DNA from: Camelus dromedarius
Taxonomy: Eukaryota
Direction: 5' to 3'
DNA: 64,000 bases
Assembly: GCF_036321535.1 (NCBI RefSeq)
Contig: NC_087436.1
Span: forward strand, 28,088,001-28,152,000
Shown: positions 1 to 13,462 of the stretch, in pieces
How positions within the stretch are numbered: the first letter of the stretch is position 1
How the letters are laid out: the number at the start of each line of letters is the position of its first letter
Program-made: the position numbers and the translations under genes
Notes under the pieces: generated by a model
The model's database searches: none
The model's input: only the letters and a program-made list of their open reading frames with translations
Told to the model about the DNA's origin: nothing

Positions 1-149
1 CTAGCAAGAAAGAGAGAAAGGGGCAAAGTGGGAAGCAGGGAAGGATAGAACATTGAATGACTGACTGATGCTGTAGCTATAGAACAGTGCCATTATTTTT
101 CCTAAAATGTTTCTATTTTTACTTTATTTGAGTAATTATTTCTTCAGTT

Positions 150-536
150 CATGATGGGAGTTTTCCTCCCAGATTCCCCTGTAAGTTCTCTGAAGTCACT
201 TTTGCTGATAAGTATTGCCTCCTCCAAGGTCACTTCTCTTTACCAGGACCTGCTCATCCAATGACTGTTCAACATAGTACAAAAATCTAGTCTCCTCACC
301 CCAATTTGGTATAATTTCGAAGGACCACTCTCATTTCAAAGGGATCAGCTGAGATCTTTACTGAGACTATAGCATAATCCAGTTTTTCTTTTTTTTTCCC
401 TCTCTTCAGTCCTGCGTCTGTCCTTTTCTCTTCCTTGTATAGGTAGTGAATACAAGAACATTCGAAGGTAAACTCCCTAAAAGCTAGTATGATCTCCATT
501 TCAGATTCTAGTTTCCTGGTAACCCAGTCCACAACA
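150..536 (+). mobile_element. ERV-L class LTR (LTR16-like), decayed
   Basis: The 3' end 'atctccatttcagattctagtttcctggtaacccagtccacaaca' resembles the LTR16-group terminus (…ctccatctcagagtctgcttcc…ggaacccaacctgcgaca) and ends in CA. The 5' boundary is approximate. Confidence 0.6.
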
Positions 537-3500
537 ATTCTTTCCACATTAGGAAAAAGAAATCTACTTCCTTTGTAGTGAATTGAATAAGTAAACATAT
601 GGACTCCTCTAAAAACAGTGGAAAGCAGAAGATTGAGAACATCTGAAAACTATAAGCCATCATCCTCTTTTATAGACAGCATGAGTATGCAAAGCTATCA
701 GCTCAGTTCAATTCTCAAAAGTTCTCTTAGTTCTCAAAGATTTAGCTCAGTTATTAGATAAAAGGAAAGGACTTAATCAATTGTCCTCAATTGCATTTTT
801 GACTTCATTATAATTTCCTTTTGAAAGAATGTTTTTGATGCAAAACACCACAGAATGCATTTTTGTTGATTGTAGCCCCGACTTTTTTTCCTGAGAACAC
901 TTACAAATCTTTGGATAAAATCTGTACTCTAGCTAATATATGATGTTGAAAATCTGTTTAAATTTCAGTTTTAACTTTACCACTGCATAAAAATATTGGG
1001 ATTGAAAAAAATCTGAATGAATGATTTAGCTTACCTTAGCAAAAATTTTAAGTATTCAATTTTTCTGCTAAGTAGATGAAGAGATATTCCCCTTAATATT
1101 TGGATATTGGTTTATTGTAGTTGCAACATGAGTATTTATAGGTGAAGACATTTAGTCTTGAAAATGTACTTTTTGCATAACTAAGAATAAAATGTTCAAT
1201 CTTTTTGAATTTCATGGTGAGTTGAAACAAAATAAAAGTGTTTACATCAAAAGTTAATAGTTTAGATCATGAGTTGAGGTGGGACAGGGAAGTTAAGAAG
1301 GAGACATAAATAAATTACTTGGGCAGAGAAGAAACAAATTCATAGAGAGAGGTGGTAACACATTGTCAGGAGATAGCTTGAAACAAAATAGGTGAAAATC
1401 ACAAAGCAGAGGAATGAAGCACAGAAAGGGAAAGAAAATTGCAGAGGAGTAGCAAAAGCAAAGGCTTAATAGTTATTCTGAGTGGGACATGTTAACAGCA
1501 TGCCAAAAGAATTAGGATCTAATCAGTCTGGAGGCCCAAAGACTGTGTAGAAGAGACAGAATCAGATAAATGGAGTCTATAAAAAAAAGTCAAAGGAACA
1601 AACTGATTTTGAAGGGAATATTATGTTCCTGCCAAAATCCCTTGATTCAAAAAATGAAAGACAGATGATCCCTTGTGTTACATGACAGTTGGGTCATAAT
1701 CTTTATTTTATGCACGGATAAGAATGACACTATTTTCAGTCAACCCACAGAAGATCTAGGACATTATCTATCCATCAAGGGAAAGGTTGACCCTTTACTA
1801 AAGAAAAAGTCCTGAAAAATTAATCGTGGACTATTTCTTCAGAATTCATTTTTATATGAATATATATATGAATGAAATAGTCCTACATATAGAACATAAT
1901 TTATTGTGTATGTGATTTACTGCAATGGTTCTAACATTTGAATTAATGATGTGACTTCCTAAATTTTCAAATGCAGTAAAAGCTCTTAACTGACTTCTTT
2001 GAACTAACTCACCTAATGAACTAACATTCAGTTCACTCAATACAGTGGACTGATGCCCATGGTTCACCTATTCTCAAATAAATCAACACACTCTTGGTCC
2101 TACCAATTAATTTTATTTTTAGAAGGTTTAGTTGTGCTTGTTCCCCAATTTGTTTACCAGAGTAGTACTTAATATCATAATCATACAGTATTGCACATTT
2201 GTATTATGGTAAACATACATTAAGTTGATGAAATATGAGGCTGTAAAGAATAATTGTTTTATAACTAAATATAACTGTACAATAAATACTGCAACAGCCT
2301 ATGAGAATCATTTACACTAGGATCCATGAGAACAGTATTATTATTACTCTCAATATTAATCTCAAAAATAAAAATTTTAAAGACATCATCTGTACATGTA
2401 CAAAACTTATTTAGGTCTGCCGCTTGCTAAATTCTGTGATTTGGGGAAGGTTCTGCTTTACATCTCAGAGTCTCCATTTCCACAATGTTTAATAAGAATT
2501 GTATTTTCCACATAAGGTCACATTATCTCCCTTCTTACATGCTCTTCTTATAGCACAACTAGATCCTCCCCCCATGGAGGGGTGAGTTCAAGATCCTTTC
2601 TTCTTGAACCTCAGTGGATCTTCTTACGTAGTAAATAGAGCTTGTTATCATATGACAAACACTAAATTTCATTCAATAGCAGGCTATATTCATCTAGAAC
2701 TTGATTCACTTTCTAATAATTTTACAGATACTTGATTTTCAACTGACAAAATGTTTAAAAAAATCATCTCAAGGATTTGCATTATTCTGACAATAAAATC
2801 TGACAAAGACTACAAGAAAATTCCTCATGGTCTAACCATGTGTAATGGTGGATGATTCCAGGCTGCAAAAAATCACCTAGAAACAGCTACATATTATGAC
2901 ACAATGGGAAAAAATTGATGGTCACTTAGTAATCAGATTTGCTAGGAAATGACAATATACAAATTTAATTTTTTGCTAACATATATAAAATATTCAAAAT
3001 AATTTGTTGTAATCTTTTCTGTTTATCTCAAATGAACTTGTTAAAGGGTTTTTAGAATCAAAACATAACTTAGTGTGTCAGAAATTGTATCAATTCAAAT
3101 TACATATTTTTGCATCTACCTGTCAACCTATGTTTTGGTGTATTTGAAGCAAAAAAATCTTTTTACCTTCTTGTGTTTTAAAAAATTAATATTCAATTTA
3201 TTGAAATAAATTTTAAAACTAAATTTTTACTTTTAAATCAAAATTAGAAAATCTTATTATCCCATATAAAATTCATCTATCTCTGAATCACTTTGAGGGG
3301 TTTGCACTTAAGAAAATAATTGTCTTAAGAAATTTAAACTTAATTAATGCATGTAATATATTCAACTTTCTTCAAATACCCTAATCTAGCAAAACCATTC
3401 TAACTATTACCTACATGCAGTTAACATAGTCAGTTATCCTACAAATATGTATAATCTTAGATTATCTTTAAATATTTCAATGTCTGGTTTCTGTTACTTC

Positions 3501-4389
3501 TCATAGCTAATACAAGTGCAGAATTTAAGCATTAAGTACTCTTCAAATACTAATAAAGATTATTCCTGAAACCCAGCACAAAAATACTGATGATTTATCT
3601 TTGAGTGACTCATTCATCCTCATATTTAATTCTAAGAACCCAAATTTAAAGATGTCCACTGACACTATACTTTCAGGAATCATTTCTATAGTTTGTCACT
3701 AAGGAAATGGAAATCAGCATTTCAAGATGATGTCAGCTAATTTCTCTGCAGGCTGAGACTGTTTACTAAACATACTTAGCTAAGATGGCAAATCTAGAAA
3801 CACACATAGACAGCATAATTTTTCATCTTTCTGTTTAAATAACATGCCAACAGAGACTACTAATCTATTCCAAATGGGAAGTCTCTTATCATTCATGCCC
3901 TGGGTTCAAGTGTTGCTATTATCTGCCAGCTTCCAAATAGGTTGCTTTACCACTTCAATGGATTCAGTCAATCTATTTACCAGATGACTATTTTGAATGA
4001 TATGTATACCTTTCCTTTCAAGTCAAACTCTTATAGACTTTTAAAATATACATAATTTAAGGATTTATCAAATTTAAGTCTGGTTTTACACTAAATTTTT
4101 CTAAAGTAACTTCAGGTTACTTTACAACTTTACAACACTCTTTCAATGGTCCTTGAAGTACTTGGGAAAAAAAGGATATTTCAAATTTTTGTGACAACAT
4201 GTAAGATTACTACAGGTATATACATATGTATATATGTGAACATGCACACACATATATGAATATATACATATGCATTGTTTTTATTTGTAAGCATGGTTTT
4301 ACTTCATAGAACTAAAAGAAATATGGAGAAAGGAGAGACCCCAACATTAAGGAGGATTTACTATGAACTACTCAGATATTATATATATT

Positions 4390-4520
4390 ACCTGCTGCCT
4401 TATGCATCTTACAAATGAGGATATGAGCCTTAAGGAAACTAAGTAACTTGTTCAAAGTCACACAGTCAGTGGTTCACATGATATTTGAATCTATATTTAC
4501 AGATTTCATATGCTATGATG
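4390..4520 (-). mobile_element. MIR SINE fragment
   Basis: 'cttacaaatgaggatatgag…aagtaacttgttcaaagtcacacag' is the antisense MIR core motif. Confidence 0.65.
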
Positions 4521-6869
4521 TTTTATATCATAATAATGTAATTTTGTGGGGGAAAAATAAGATGTCTGAAGAGACCAGCATTGCATACAGACTTAATACT
4601 AACTAAAATATAATCTGAATCAGGTTCTTTTTCCAGTACCCAGTACATTGCTAGGAAAATAGGAATTCATAAACATTCCTCCTCCCTATTTCAAAGAGAC
4701 TCTGGGGAGGGGTGAAGGGTGATATTAAATGTAATCAAATGTGTTACATTAATATACAGTTATATTTCAAAATTTTTACTAAGAATGAATACCAAATTAT
4801 TTAATTTACATATATACACACACACATATAATGTATGTTTGTATATGTATATATTCTCTTATTTTCTAGTATTAATATTCATACATTTTAGGGATTACTG
4901 AAGAAACTATCAAAAGGACTCATAACTCCAATGGTCGTAAAAGCCTTCCAAAACAGAACAAAACCAGGAATAATTAAAGTAGAAATAAGCTACTCTCAGC
5001 ATCTTTTCCATCCTTTATGTTTGTGAGGTACTAGAAATAAACCAGTAAATTAGCTAGGTATCTGATTTTAAATTAAATTGTTTTCAATGCTATGAGTCTT
5101 GGAAAACTTTCAAAATTTACAAATTTTTAAATTAAATGAAATTTACTTATGCTATAATATGACTTCATTAAATGTTTTTTCACTTACCCTCTGAATCTCT
5201 GCAGTGTCCTGTTACAACACTTCATTCACACACGAAAAAAAAAAATAATCTTTGGCAGATCACTTCACTGCTACAATACGGCCATTGGAGGAACTACAAA
5301 TTCATATAGCTACCTATAAGCCAGTAACTATGCAAAATATTTTTCTTTAATAATTAACGAAATTATTCTGTCTTCTTTATATCGTTCTTCTATGTTACCA
5401 TTCTTTAAAATAGAGACTCTCTAGTGTTTCTATCAAAAAGTAATGTAACAGTACTGATGAGCATATATTAGCAATCCTTCAATAAAATTCACTTTTGATA
5501 TTACTTCATAAACAAATAACTAATATTTTCTTGGATAGTAATGTTGTACTATAGAAAATATTTTAAAATGCATTTTTCTCCTTATATTTAACTCTAAAAT
5601 ATTCAATTAGTTTTGGGAAACTCAAATATTTAGATAATATATAATTTCTTTTGAAAATTCAACAGCATGTATTTTGGGGTTAAATAACTGAAAAATATTT
5701 GATGTTTAGAGTGTACTGAAGCATGAATGTCATCACTATGGAAAATATAACTCCTTTAGAATTCATTTATGAGAAATGTATTACCTTGAACATGATATTC
5801 ATTCCCTTTGAGGTAAAAATATCTTTTAACAAGTGAAATACTTAAAGCGAATAAATACCTCATCTTAAAAAGTGTTTTGTATCCTTGGAAGTTAAATCAA
5901 GTAAGTTGAAACTAAATAAATAAGAGTTATATTGTGTTACTTTACAATGTTTCACATTGTAAAGGAACACACAGATGTAAAAAAGAAAAATATCAGCAAA
6001 AGTTATATGTCTTTTGCTTATAGATGTGTGTGTTGTTCATATAAACTTGCCAGTAGCATCACACTATGTGCAATAGTCTATCAGTTTATTTCTTACTTAA
6101 TGATACATAATGGTTCAAATCCTTAATTTACAATACAAACATAGTAACAATATGTTACCAAAGAACTCAGAATAGGAAAATTAACCTGAGAGATATGTTT
6201 AAAGATTCCTGAATTATGCTTCCATTCTGACTTTGTGTTTAAACTCTTCTGTTCACTAATTCAACTAAAAATCTTTATTCTTTATAGATGCCAATAATAA
6301 AATGGTGAAAATACATGTATTTTATGATGACTTCTTATATGAATATACTTTTGAGCTAGTCCCCCTCCACTAAGAGCTCTATAATACTACATAGTGTTAA
6401 AAAGATTATTGAATTTTGTTAGTCATCTTATTTTATCATATGTAAAATGACAAAAATAATAGTGTAGTCAATTTTCTTATGATCCAACCTATGTATTCCT
6501 GAAAATCACAACACTATGCAAAATTACACAATAAAAATCATACAACTTTTGGGGAAAGTGAGGTTAGGACATAAGATTCAAAAACGTTTTCAGTGATATC
6601 CAAAAAATAAAAACACAGGAATCTAGCAGAAGTGGTAGCATAGTTTTACATTTGTTAAATAAAGTACTACAATAAATGTTAACATTTAAGCTAAAAAAAA
6701 ATGAAGTTTGCCATAGAAGTGAACGTTGGAAGGATTGAAGCTTATGAGTTGTGCTTATGAACATTTGTAAACCAGTAGAAGAAGGGTTATTGATATAAAG
6801 AGGAAACTTGGAAAAGCTATAGATGTCTGCTGGGTCTAGATACTTGAGAAATTCAGTACAAGATTTTAA

Positions 6870-8750
6870 AGTTACCATTGCAGATAAAGAAAATGGGAAG
6901 CCACTAAAAAGTGGAATCACACAATTGCATTTGAACTTTAGCAAGATTAATGCATATGCAGTGAGGAAAATAGATTGCTATTGAGAATCTCTATGGTAGG
7001 AGGAATGAAATACAAGATTAGTCAAGATCATAAAATATGTGACCCAAGTGAAGCTGGCAACTGAGATGATGGATATAAGTGAAGAGATCTGAACTATCTT
7101 TAGGAAATAGAATTTTGATGGATTATTTAACATGAGTTAGGGGAGTAAAAGATGGGGTCAACAATGAGTCAGGTTTCATGGGCAGTTGAGTGGAGAGTAA
7201 ACTAAAAACACACACACAAAGGGACTGATTTGTTAGCAGTGGGGAAATGCAGGGTGACATCTTGTTTAAAGTTTCCTGAAAACTGTCCAAATGGATGTTG
7301 GAGCCCATGATTGGGTTAACAAATTGTAACAGACCCCAGCTGCTTGTCTCCTTAAAGAAGAGCAAATGTGCTTAGTAACTGCCTTGCTTGCATAGTTGAG
7401 GTTTTAGATAGCAACTCTGCTCATTACAAAACAACGACCCAGGCCTTTGGCTATAAACTCTGGGCTTGCCTGCTGTTAGATAGTCTTCTATCCCCAAAGC
7501 AAGGAACTGGCTGGTCTGGTGGTCTGCTTTAATACATCTATAAGAATGTATCTTGCTCCCCTCTTCCCATGACTTCCCTAAAGATAAACTGTAGGCCCCG
7601 GTTGTGGGGCCAAACCAACAAGTCTTGGGATGGAATGGTAAACAAGTTATAGAAAGCTGCAGATTCAGAGGTGAGAAGGCTGGTTAGCCAATGACAGGTA
7701 AGATCCCCAGAGTGGGGCAACCTAAGACAGGCACAGCCGCCTGAGTCCAAGAAAAATGTTAATAAGCAGCTGCTTCTCATACGTTTCGCCCCGATAAACT
7801 GTAAGGCTCACTGGTGCCAACATGAACATGATTTACCAAAACATAAAGGGTCTTCTGACCTTGAGCCAGACTCTACAATCTCGATCCCACCCTGTCTTTC
7901 CCTAAATTCCTGCATTCCATCACACAACTGTCAGTGATTTCTCCTTTGATTGTACGCAATAAATGTGGGAGCATTTGAGAGGTTCGTGGAGTTGGCTCCC
8001 AACTCCCTCTCGTTCTCTTGACTTTTTCCACAGAGTCTCGAGTAATTCATTCCATCTCGGTGGGACTTCTGCCAGCCAGAACCCACAACTGGTGATGAAC
8101 CCACAAATGGAGATTTCCAGTATACAACTGAATATATGACTATGAATAAGCTGTGACAGAAGTTAAGGTATTGGAGCATGAAGCACTGGTCAAGAACATC
8201 TCAAATATTGCTAGTGGGAAAGTTGAGAAAATTACTGAAAAAATCCACACTTGACTAGTAATACTGAGGTCATTTCTGATTCTTACAAACAAATTTAAGT
8301 TATATTGGGGGTACTGTTTTCAGAATACATTGAATTGTGTAGTAAGTCATGGAGACAAAGAGTATAAATAAATTTCTCAATAATTATGACTGTGTATATG
8401 AAGAGATATTTAGTTAGAGAAAACACAGGGTAGAATTTGTTTTGCTGTTGTTTGTTTAATGGATTGATCTATATCTCTTTAATTGTTAATGGGAAGGCAT
8501 CTCTTAAAAGAAAGAATTGATTATAGACAAGAAACGTTTGTCCATTGTGTGCTGGTGAGGGAAAAAAAAAATAGGTCCCAAAACACAAATAGAAAAATTA
8601 TTTCTGACATGAGAACTAATACTTCTTCTATTACAAATGGAAAAAGAATGGAAGAGATAGATTGACACATGCATTTCACTATTATAGAATTGAGAAATTG
8701 AATTAGGTCTCTTGTGATTGCCTTACTTAATAGGGGAGGATACACTGTTG
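6870..8750 (-). mobile_element. L2 LINE fragment, split by an LTR insertion
   Basis: Purine-rich antisense L2 motifs ('aatgggaagccact', 'ccaaatggagatttccag') continue on both sides of the 7296-8105 LTR. Confidence 0.55.
7296..8105 (+). mobile_element. Solo ERV LTR (about 810 bp) with 6-bp TSD, possibly class II/ERVK-like
   Basis: Begins TGTTGGAG at 7296 and ends …ACCCACA at 8105. It is flanked by AATGGA (7290-7295 and 8106-8111), has AATAAA at about 7958, and is more GC-rich than its flanks. Confidence 0.8.
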
Positions 8751-10374
8751 GACAGTAAGGGAGACAGGGTGGGGGATTTCTGCCGATTGTACACAGTTTA
8801 CAAGACTCATATATGATTTTATAATGTTCTATTTATTTTTGGCTTAAGTTATATGTTTTCCTATAAGTCTTCTAAGAGAATGCAGAGTATTTTTATTTCT
8901 ATCTCTTTATAGTACAGTTTAATAGCAATGAACACCCTTAAATAGCACCTCTTTTCATAGATGGTAAGGAGCATTAGATATATTCTGAAAAACAGCACAT
9001 TAATCTGAAAACTTACAGTATCATAAATCAATGTTGCAAATAATTCAATATGTATAACAACAGCTGTTTAAGAAAACATGCTTTATCTTAAAATTAATAT
9101 AACTGTTTTTACTTCCCCAAGTTAATATGTAAATATTTTCATCCAATTTGAAACTTATCAAAGATTGTTGTAGTAATGTCCACAAGAAACTTTAAAAAGT
9201 CAGACGAACAAAGTTTATGGTAGTGCAACAAACAAAAAGTTAAGATGGAATCTGAAGGTTGCTGTTAGACTGTAAAACTGTCAAAAATACATGACAGAAA
9301 GAAGAAAAAAAAATCCTTCTGCCTAAGTTGTCATCTGTGGCCCATAATACCACGTACAAGTATTTAGACACTTTCAATGAGCTATCATGGGGTCAGATCC
9401 CAAAGTCAGGTGTTGTTCAGGAATTCAACAGAGTGACCTGATGCCCTAAGCATTCCTGTTTGGCTAATGAGCAAAATCTCAGGAAGAAAATTTGGTCTGT
9501 CAGCTCCTTGATTTTGAATATTATGACCTAAGCTCACATATGCCAAGGTCTCTGCAATGCCAGGAGGCAGTCTGGGGGAACTTGATGCCACGGATACAAA
9601 CATAATTAATTTTATTTAGCCTCATTAAGTCTTCTAAGTGCTCTTTGCCACATTTACCTATCCTAGAATAAATTAATTCAGATATTTTGTCTGCAAATGT
9701 GTGAATGTACACATATGTACAGAATTTTATATATATGTTTTATTTATGTATACTATATATATATATATTCCTTCTAGTATTTTTAGCTATAATCTTTGCT
9801 AAAGTTACAAGCTTAAATAAACTGAGATAATTTCACAGTGAGAAAAAAATAAAATTGTTCTGTATAATTAGGTTTTATTTTAGAGATTTGATATTCAATT
9901 TCCAGTTTGCCAGAAGTCCTTATCTACATTACAGAAAATAAATAAGTGATGCCTTAGTCAATCTTGCTGAGTACTACCTGCAGGAATTATAAATGCTGCC
10001 CATATTTTTATAGTATCAGTAATACTAATATTTCTACTACTGTTTTTCAATACCTGGCTATAGTGCTTACATATATAATGGAAATAATTAAAATATACAT
10101 AATTTAATATTAATATATATAGAAATCATATATATGACTTACACTTTATAGAAAACTTGAATATAATATAATTTAGTACTTCAAAGTTTAATCTTTACCC
10201 CTAAGTAATATTCACTTATTTAATCTTTCAACACCTGCAACTGATAAAATTCTACTGTTTTTCTATTATTAAAACAGACACCGACATACATACAAAGATA
10301 GATTCATTTTTAAAATTAAATGTTTGGTGTGAGAATTGGATTTATTCTACCATCCTCTTATTTTTATTTTCTGA

Positions 10375-10796
10375 TGTATATTCCCCATCCTCTGCTTGTG
10401 AGTCTTTGTTATGCACATGACTTCCTAGCTAAATACCTTATTTCCCAGTCTCCCTTTGCAACTAAGTATTAAGTTCTTGCTCGTGAAATACAAGTAGAAG
10501 TAAAGTTCTTGCTAGTGAGATACAAGTAGAAGTAAAGTAACTCACTCTTAGGTTATTTGCCCTGAACCTGGAATCAATATGTGGTGGTGACAAAAGGCGT
10601 GACTGTGTAGACATGGGCAGCACTAATAAGGAATGTGAAATAAGATTGAAAGATTGAGACCCTTAATGAACTGATGAAACTACAGCTTCCTCTCGTCTGA
10701 ACTATGTGAGAATAAAGATAAATGTCTGTCCTATTTAAAAATGCATGTTTTGAAATTCTTTGTTAAGGCAACTTAAGCTATACTCTAAATAATACA
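10375..10796 (+). mobile_element. MaLR LTR (MLT1-like), old
   Basis: Contains 'tttcccagtctccctttgcaactaag' and a 3' end '…ctttgttaaggcaac…ctctaaataataca' typical of MLT1 LTRs. Confidence 0.6.
10471..10534 (+). repeat. 32-bp tandem duplication (2 copies, 2 mismatches)
   Basis: aagttcttgctcgtgaaatacaagtagaagta / aagttcttgctagtgagatacaagtagaagta. Confidence 0.9.
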
Positions 10797-11239
10797 TTTG
10801 GTTCCAAGTGACATATAGAGATAATAGATTACTTCAGCTAATTTTCAAAGTTCTCTGGGAAATCTGAATAAATGAATCATGCAATGTTTCATGGTGATCA
10901 TTTTACTACTTTTTTACATCTTAGAGATTGTCTAAGATCCTTTACATATCTGACAAACCATGTCTGAGAAGCACATATTTATCATATTGCTTTTATTTAT
11001 ATCTTTTTCAAAGTTTATTCTTCTTTGGAGGTGAAGAGATTGTGAGTTTTTAATATAAGTTTTGCATGATTTTAACTTTTATTCTAACATTTCAAATTTT
11101 TTTCTGTTATAGTACTAACACATTTCTAGTACCTAAAAACTATTTCTATTTTAAAAAGAAGTCTAAATAATGTCAGTTGATGAGTTAAGTTGGAATAATA
11201 AAAAAATGCTAAGGTAAAGCAAGAGAAGTTATAAAAAGA

Positions 11240-13462
11240 GGAAAATAGAAACCTCTAGCTAATGTCATTCTTAATGGTGAGAAACTAGATGCTTTCCCCA
11301 TAAAACTGGAAAGAAAGCAAAAATGTCCTTTATACCACTCCAGTTTTGTATAATACTGGAAATCCTAGTCAATGGAATAAGACAAGGAAGTAAAAGTACA
11401 CACTGAGAAAGAAGAAATTAAACAGTCTTCATTCACAGATAAAAGATTGTCTCACTAGAAAACCCCAATGAATAGCCCAAAAAGAACTCCTAGAGCTAAT
11501 AAGGGATTACAGCAAGATTACAGAATACTAGGCTAATATGTTTGGAAATTTAAAATAAAGTACTATTTACCTTGGAACCAAACTAAAGGAAATACTCAGG
11601 TATAAATCTAACAAAATATGTACAAGGAAAACTGCAAAACTTCAATGAAAGAAATTAAAGGTGATCTAAATGAATAAAGAGATATTCCATGTTAATGGAT
11701 AAGAAGAGTCAGTATTATTATGCATCAGTTTTTTCCTCACTGATCTACAGATTTAATGGAATCCCAATGAAAACCTCAGTGGATAGCAACAAAAATGATT
11801 ATAAATTTTTTATGGAAAAAAGGCCAGAATTGGAAACACAATGTTGAAGAATAAAAAGTCAGCAGAGTGACACTACTCAACTTCAAGACTTACTATAAAA
11901 CTACAACATCAAAATGATATATTAGTGAAAGAATAGACAAATAAATGAAACAGAATAGAGATGCCAGAAATAGAGCCACATATATATATTCAACTAATCT
12001 CAGACAAAGAGCAAAAGTAATTCAATGAGTAGGAGACAGCCTTTCAATAAATGATACTGGAACAACTAAAATCTAGTTCATAAAAAAAAAAGTAAATAAA
12101 TCTAGACACAGAACTTGCCCCTTTTGCAAAAAAAGCTAACTCCCTGTGGATCATAGACCTAAATGCAAATACAAAAGTGTAGAACTTTTGGAAGATAATT
12201 AGGGAATATATCAAGGTGACTTTGGATTTCAAATGACTCTTTAAATAAAACACCAAAAGTCCTATCAATGAAAGAAATAATTGAAATTTTAGACTTCAAT
12301 AAAATTCAAAATTTCTACTCTGTGAAAATAATGTTAAGAAAATGAAAAATTAAGCAACAGAAAAAGGAAAATCTCTACAAAACACATATCTGGTAAAGGA
12401 CTGGTATCCAAAATACACAAAGAACATTTAAACCTCAATAATAAGAAAATAAGAAACCCAGTTTAAAAATGGGCACAAGATCTGAACAAACACCTCACCA
12501 AAGAAGACACTCAGACAGCAGCAATATGCATATGAAAAGGTGTTCAACATCATGTCATTATGGAATTGTAAATTAAAACAACAAGATATCACTACATAAC
12601 TATTTGAGTGGTAAAAATTCAGTGATGTCATTGAAGACATCAAATGCTGTCAAGGATACAGAGCAATAAGAATTTTCACTTAGTGCTGGTGACAATGTAA
12701 AATAGAACAACCACTCTGGAAGACAGTTTGATAGTTCCTTACAAAGCTAACCATAGTCTTACCATATGTTTCATTCATTTACTCAGTTGAGTTAAAAAGT
12801 TATCTTCACACAAAAACCTGGATAAAATATTTATAGAAGTTTTATTCATAACTGCCAATAACTGGAAGCAACCAAGAAATTTTTCAATAGGTGAATAAAA
12901 AAAAACAAACTATGGTACATGCATTCAATGCAGTATTATTCAGCAATATAAAAAAAATCTAATAACCTATGAAAAGACATGGGAAAACCGAAATGCATGT
13001 TACTAATTGAAAGCAGCCAGTCTGAAAATGCTACATATTGTGTGATTTCAACAATATGACATTCTGGAAAGGTGGAACTGTAGAGTTAGTACAAAGATCA
13101 GTGGTTGCCAGGGGCTTAAGGGGAGGGAGAGAGGAATGAACAGGTGACACACAGAGGATTTTACAGTGGTGAAACTATGCTCTATGACACCTTAATGATG
13201 GAAACATGATGATTCACTTACAAAGCCCATAGAACTGTACAACACAAAGAGTAAACCCTAATATAAACTATGTACTTCAGTTAATAACAGTGTATCAATA
13301 TTGGTTCAAAGTTTGTAAGAAATGTTCCCCACTAATGCAAGATGTTAATCTGGGGGAACTTTGAGTGTTTGGGGTAGAGGAGGCATCTGGAAACTCACTA
13401 CTCGCTGTGCAATTTTTCTGTAAAACTGTTAATGCTCTAAAAAGTAAAGTCAACTAAAAAAT
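11240..13462 (+). mobile_element. 5'-truncated L1 (L1MC-like): decayed ORF2 3' half plus 3' UTR
   Basis: ORF2 motifs ('aatggtgagaaactagatgctttcccc', 'gacttactataaaactaca', 'aaaatgggcacaagatctgaacaaacac') are followed by an L1MC-type 3' UTR ('caaagcccatagaactgtacaacacaaagagtaaaccctaatataaactatg') and an A-rich end. Many stops and frameshifts. Confidence 0.9.

Noticed and set aside
1035..1180. Minus-strand segment bounded by a good acceptor (cattttattcttag) and donor (AAG|gtaagc)
   Set aside because: It has stop codons in all three frames. It could only be a non-coding or terminal-coding exon, and such motif pairs are common in AT-rich DNA.
6564..6944. 126-aa ORF and the other 60-100 aa ORFs of the track outside L1/ERV
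   Set aside because: Many start at non-ATG codons, have low-complexity F/L/I/Y-rich composition typical of random AT-rich frames, and show no recognisable domains.
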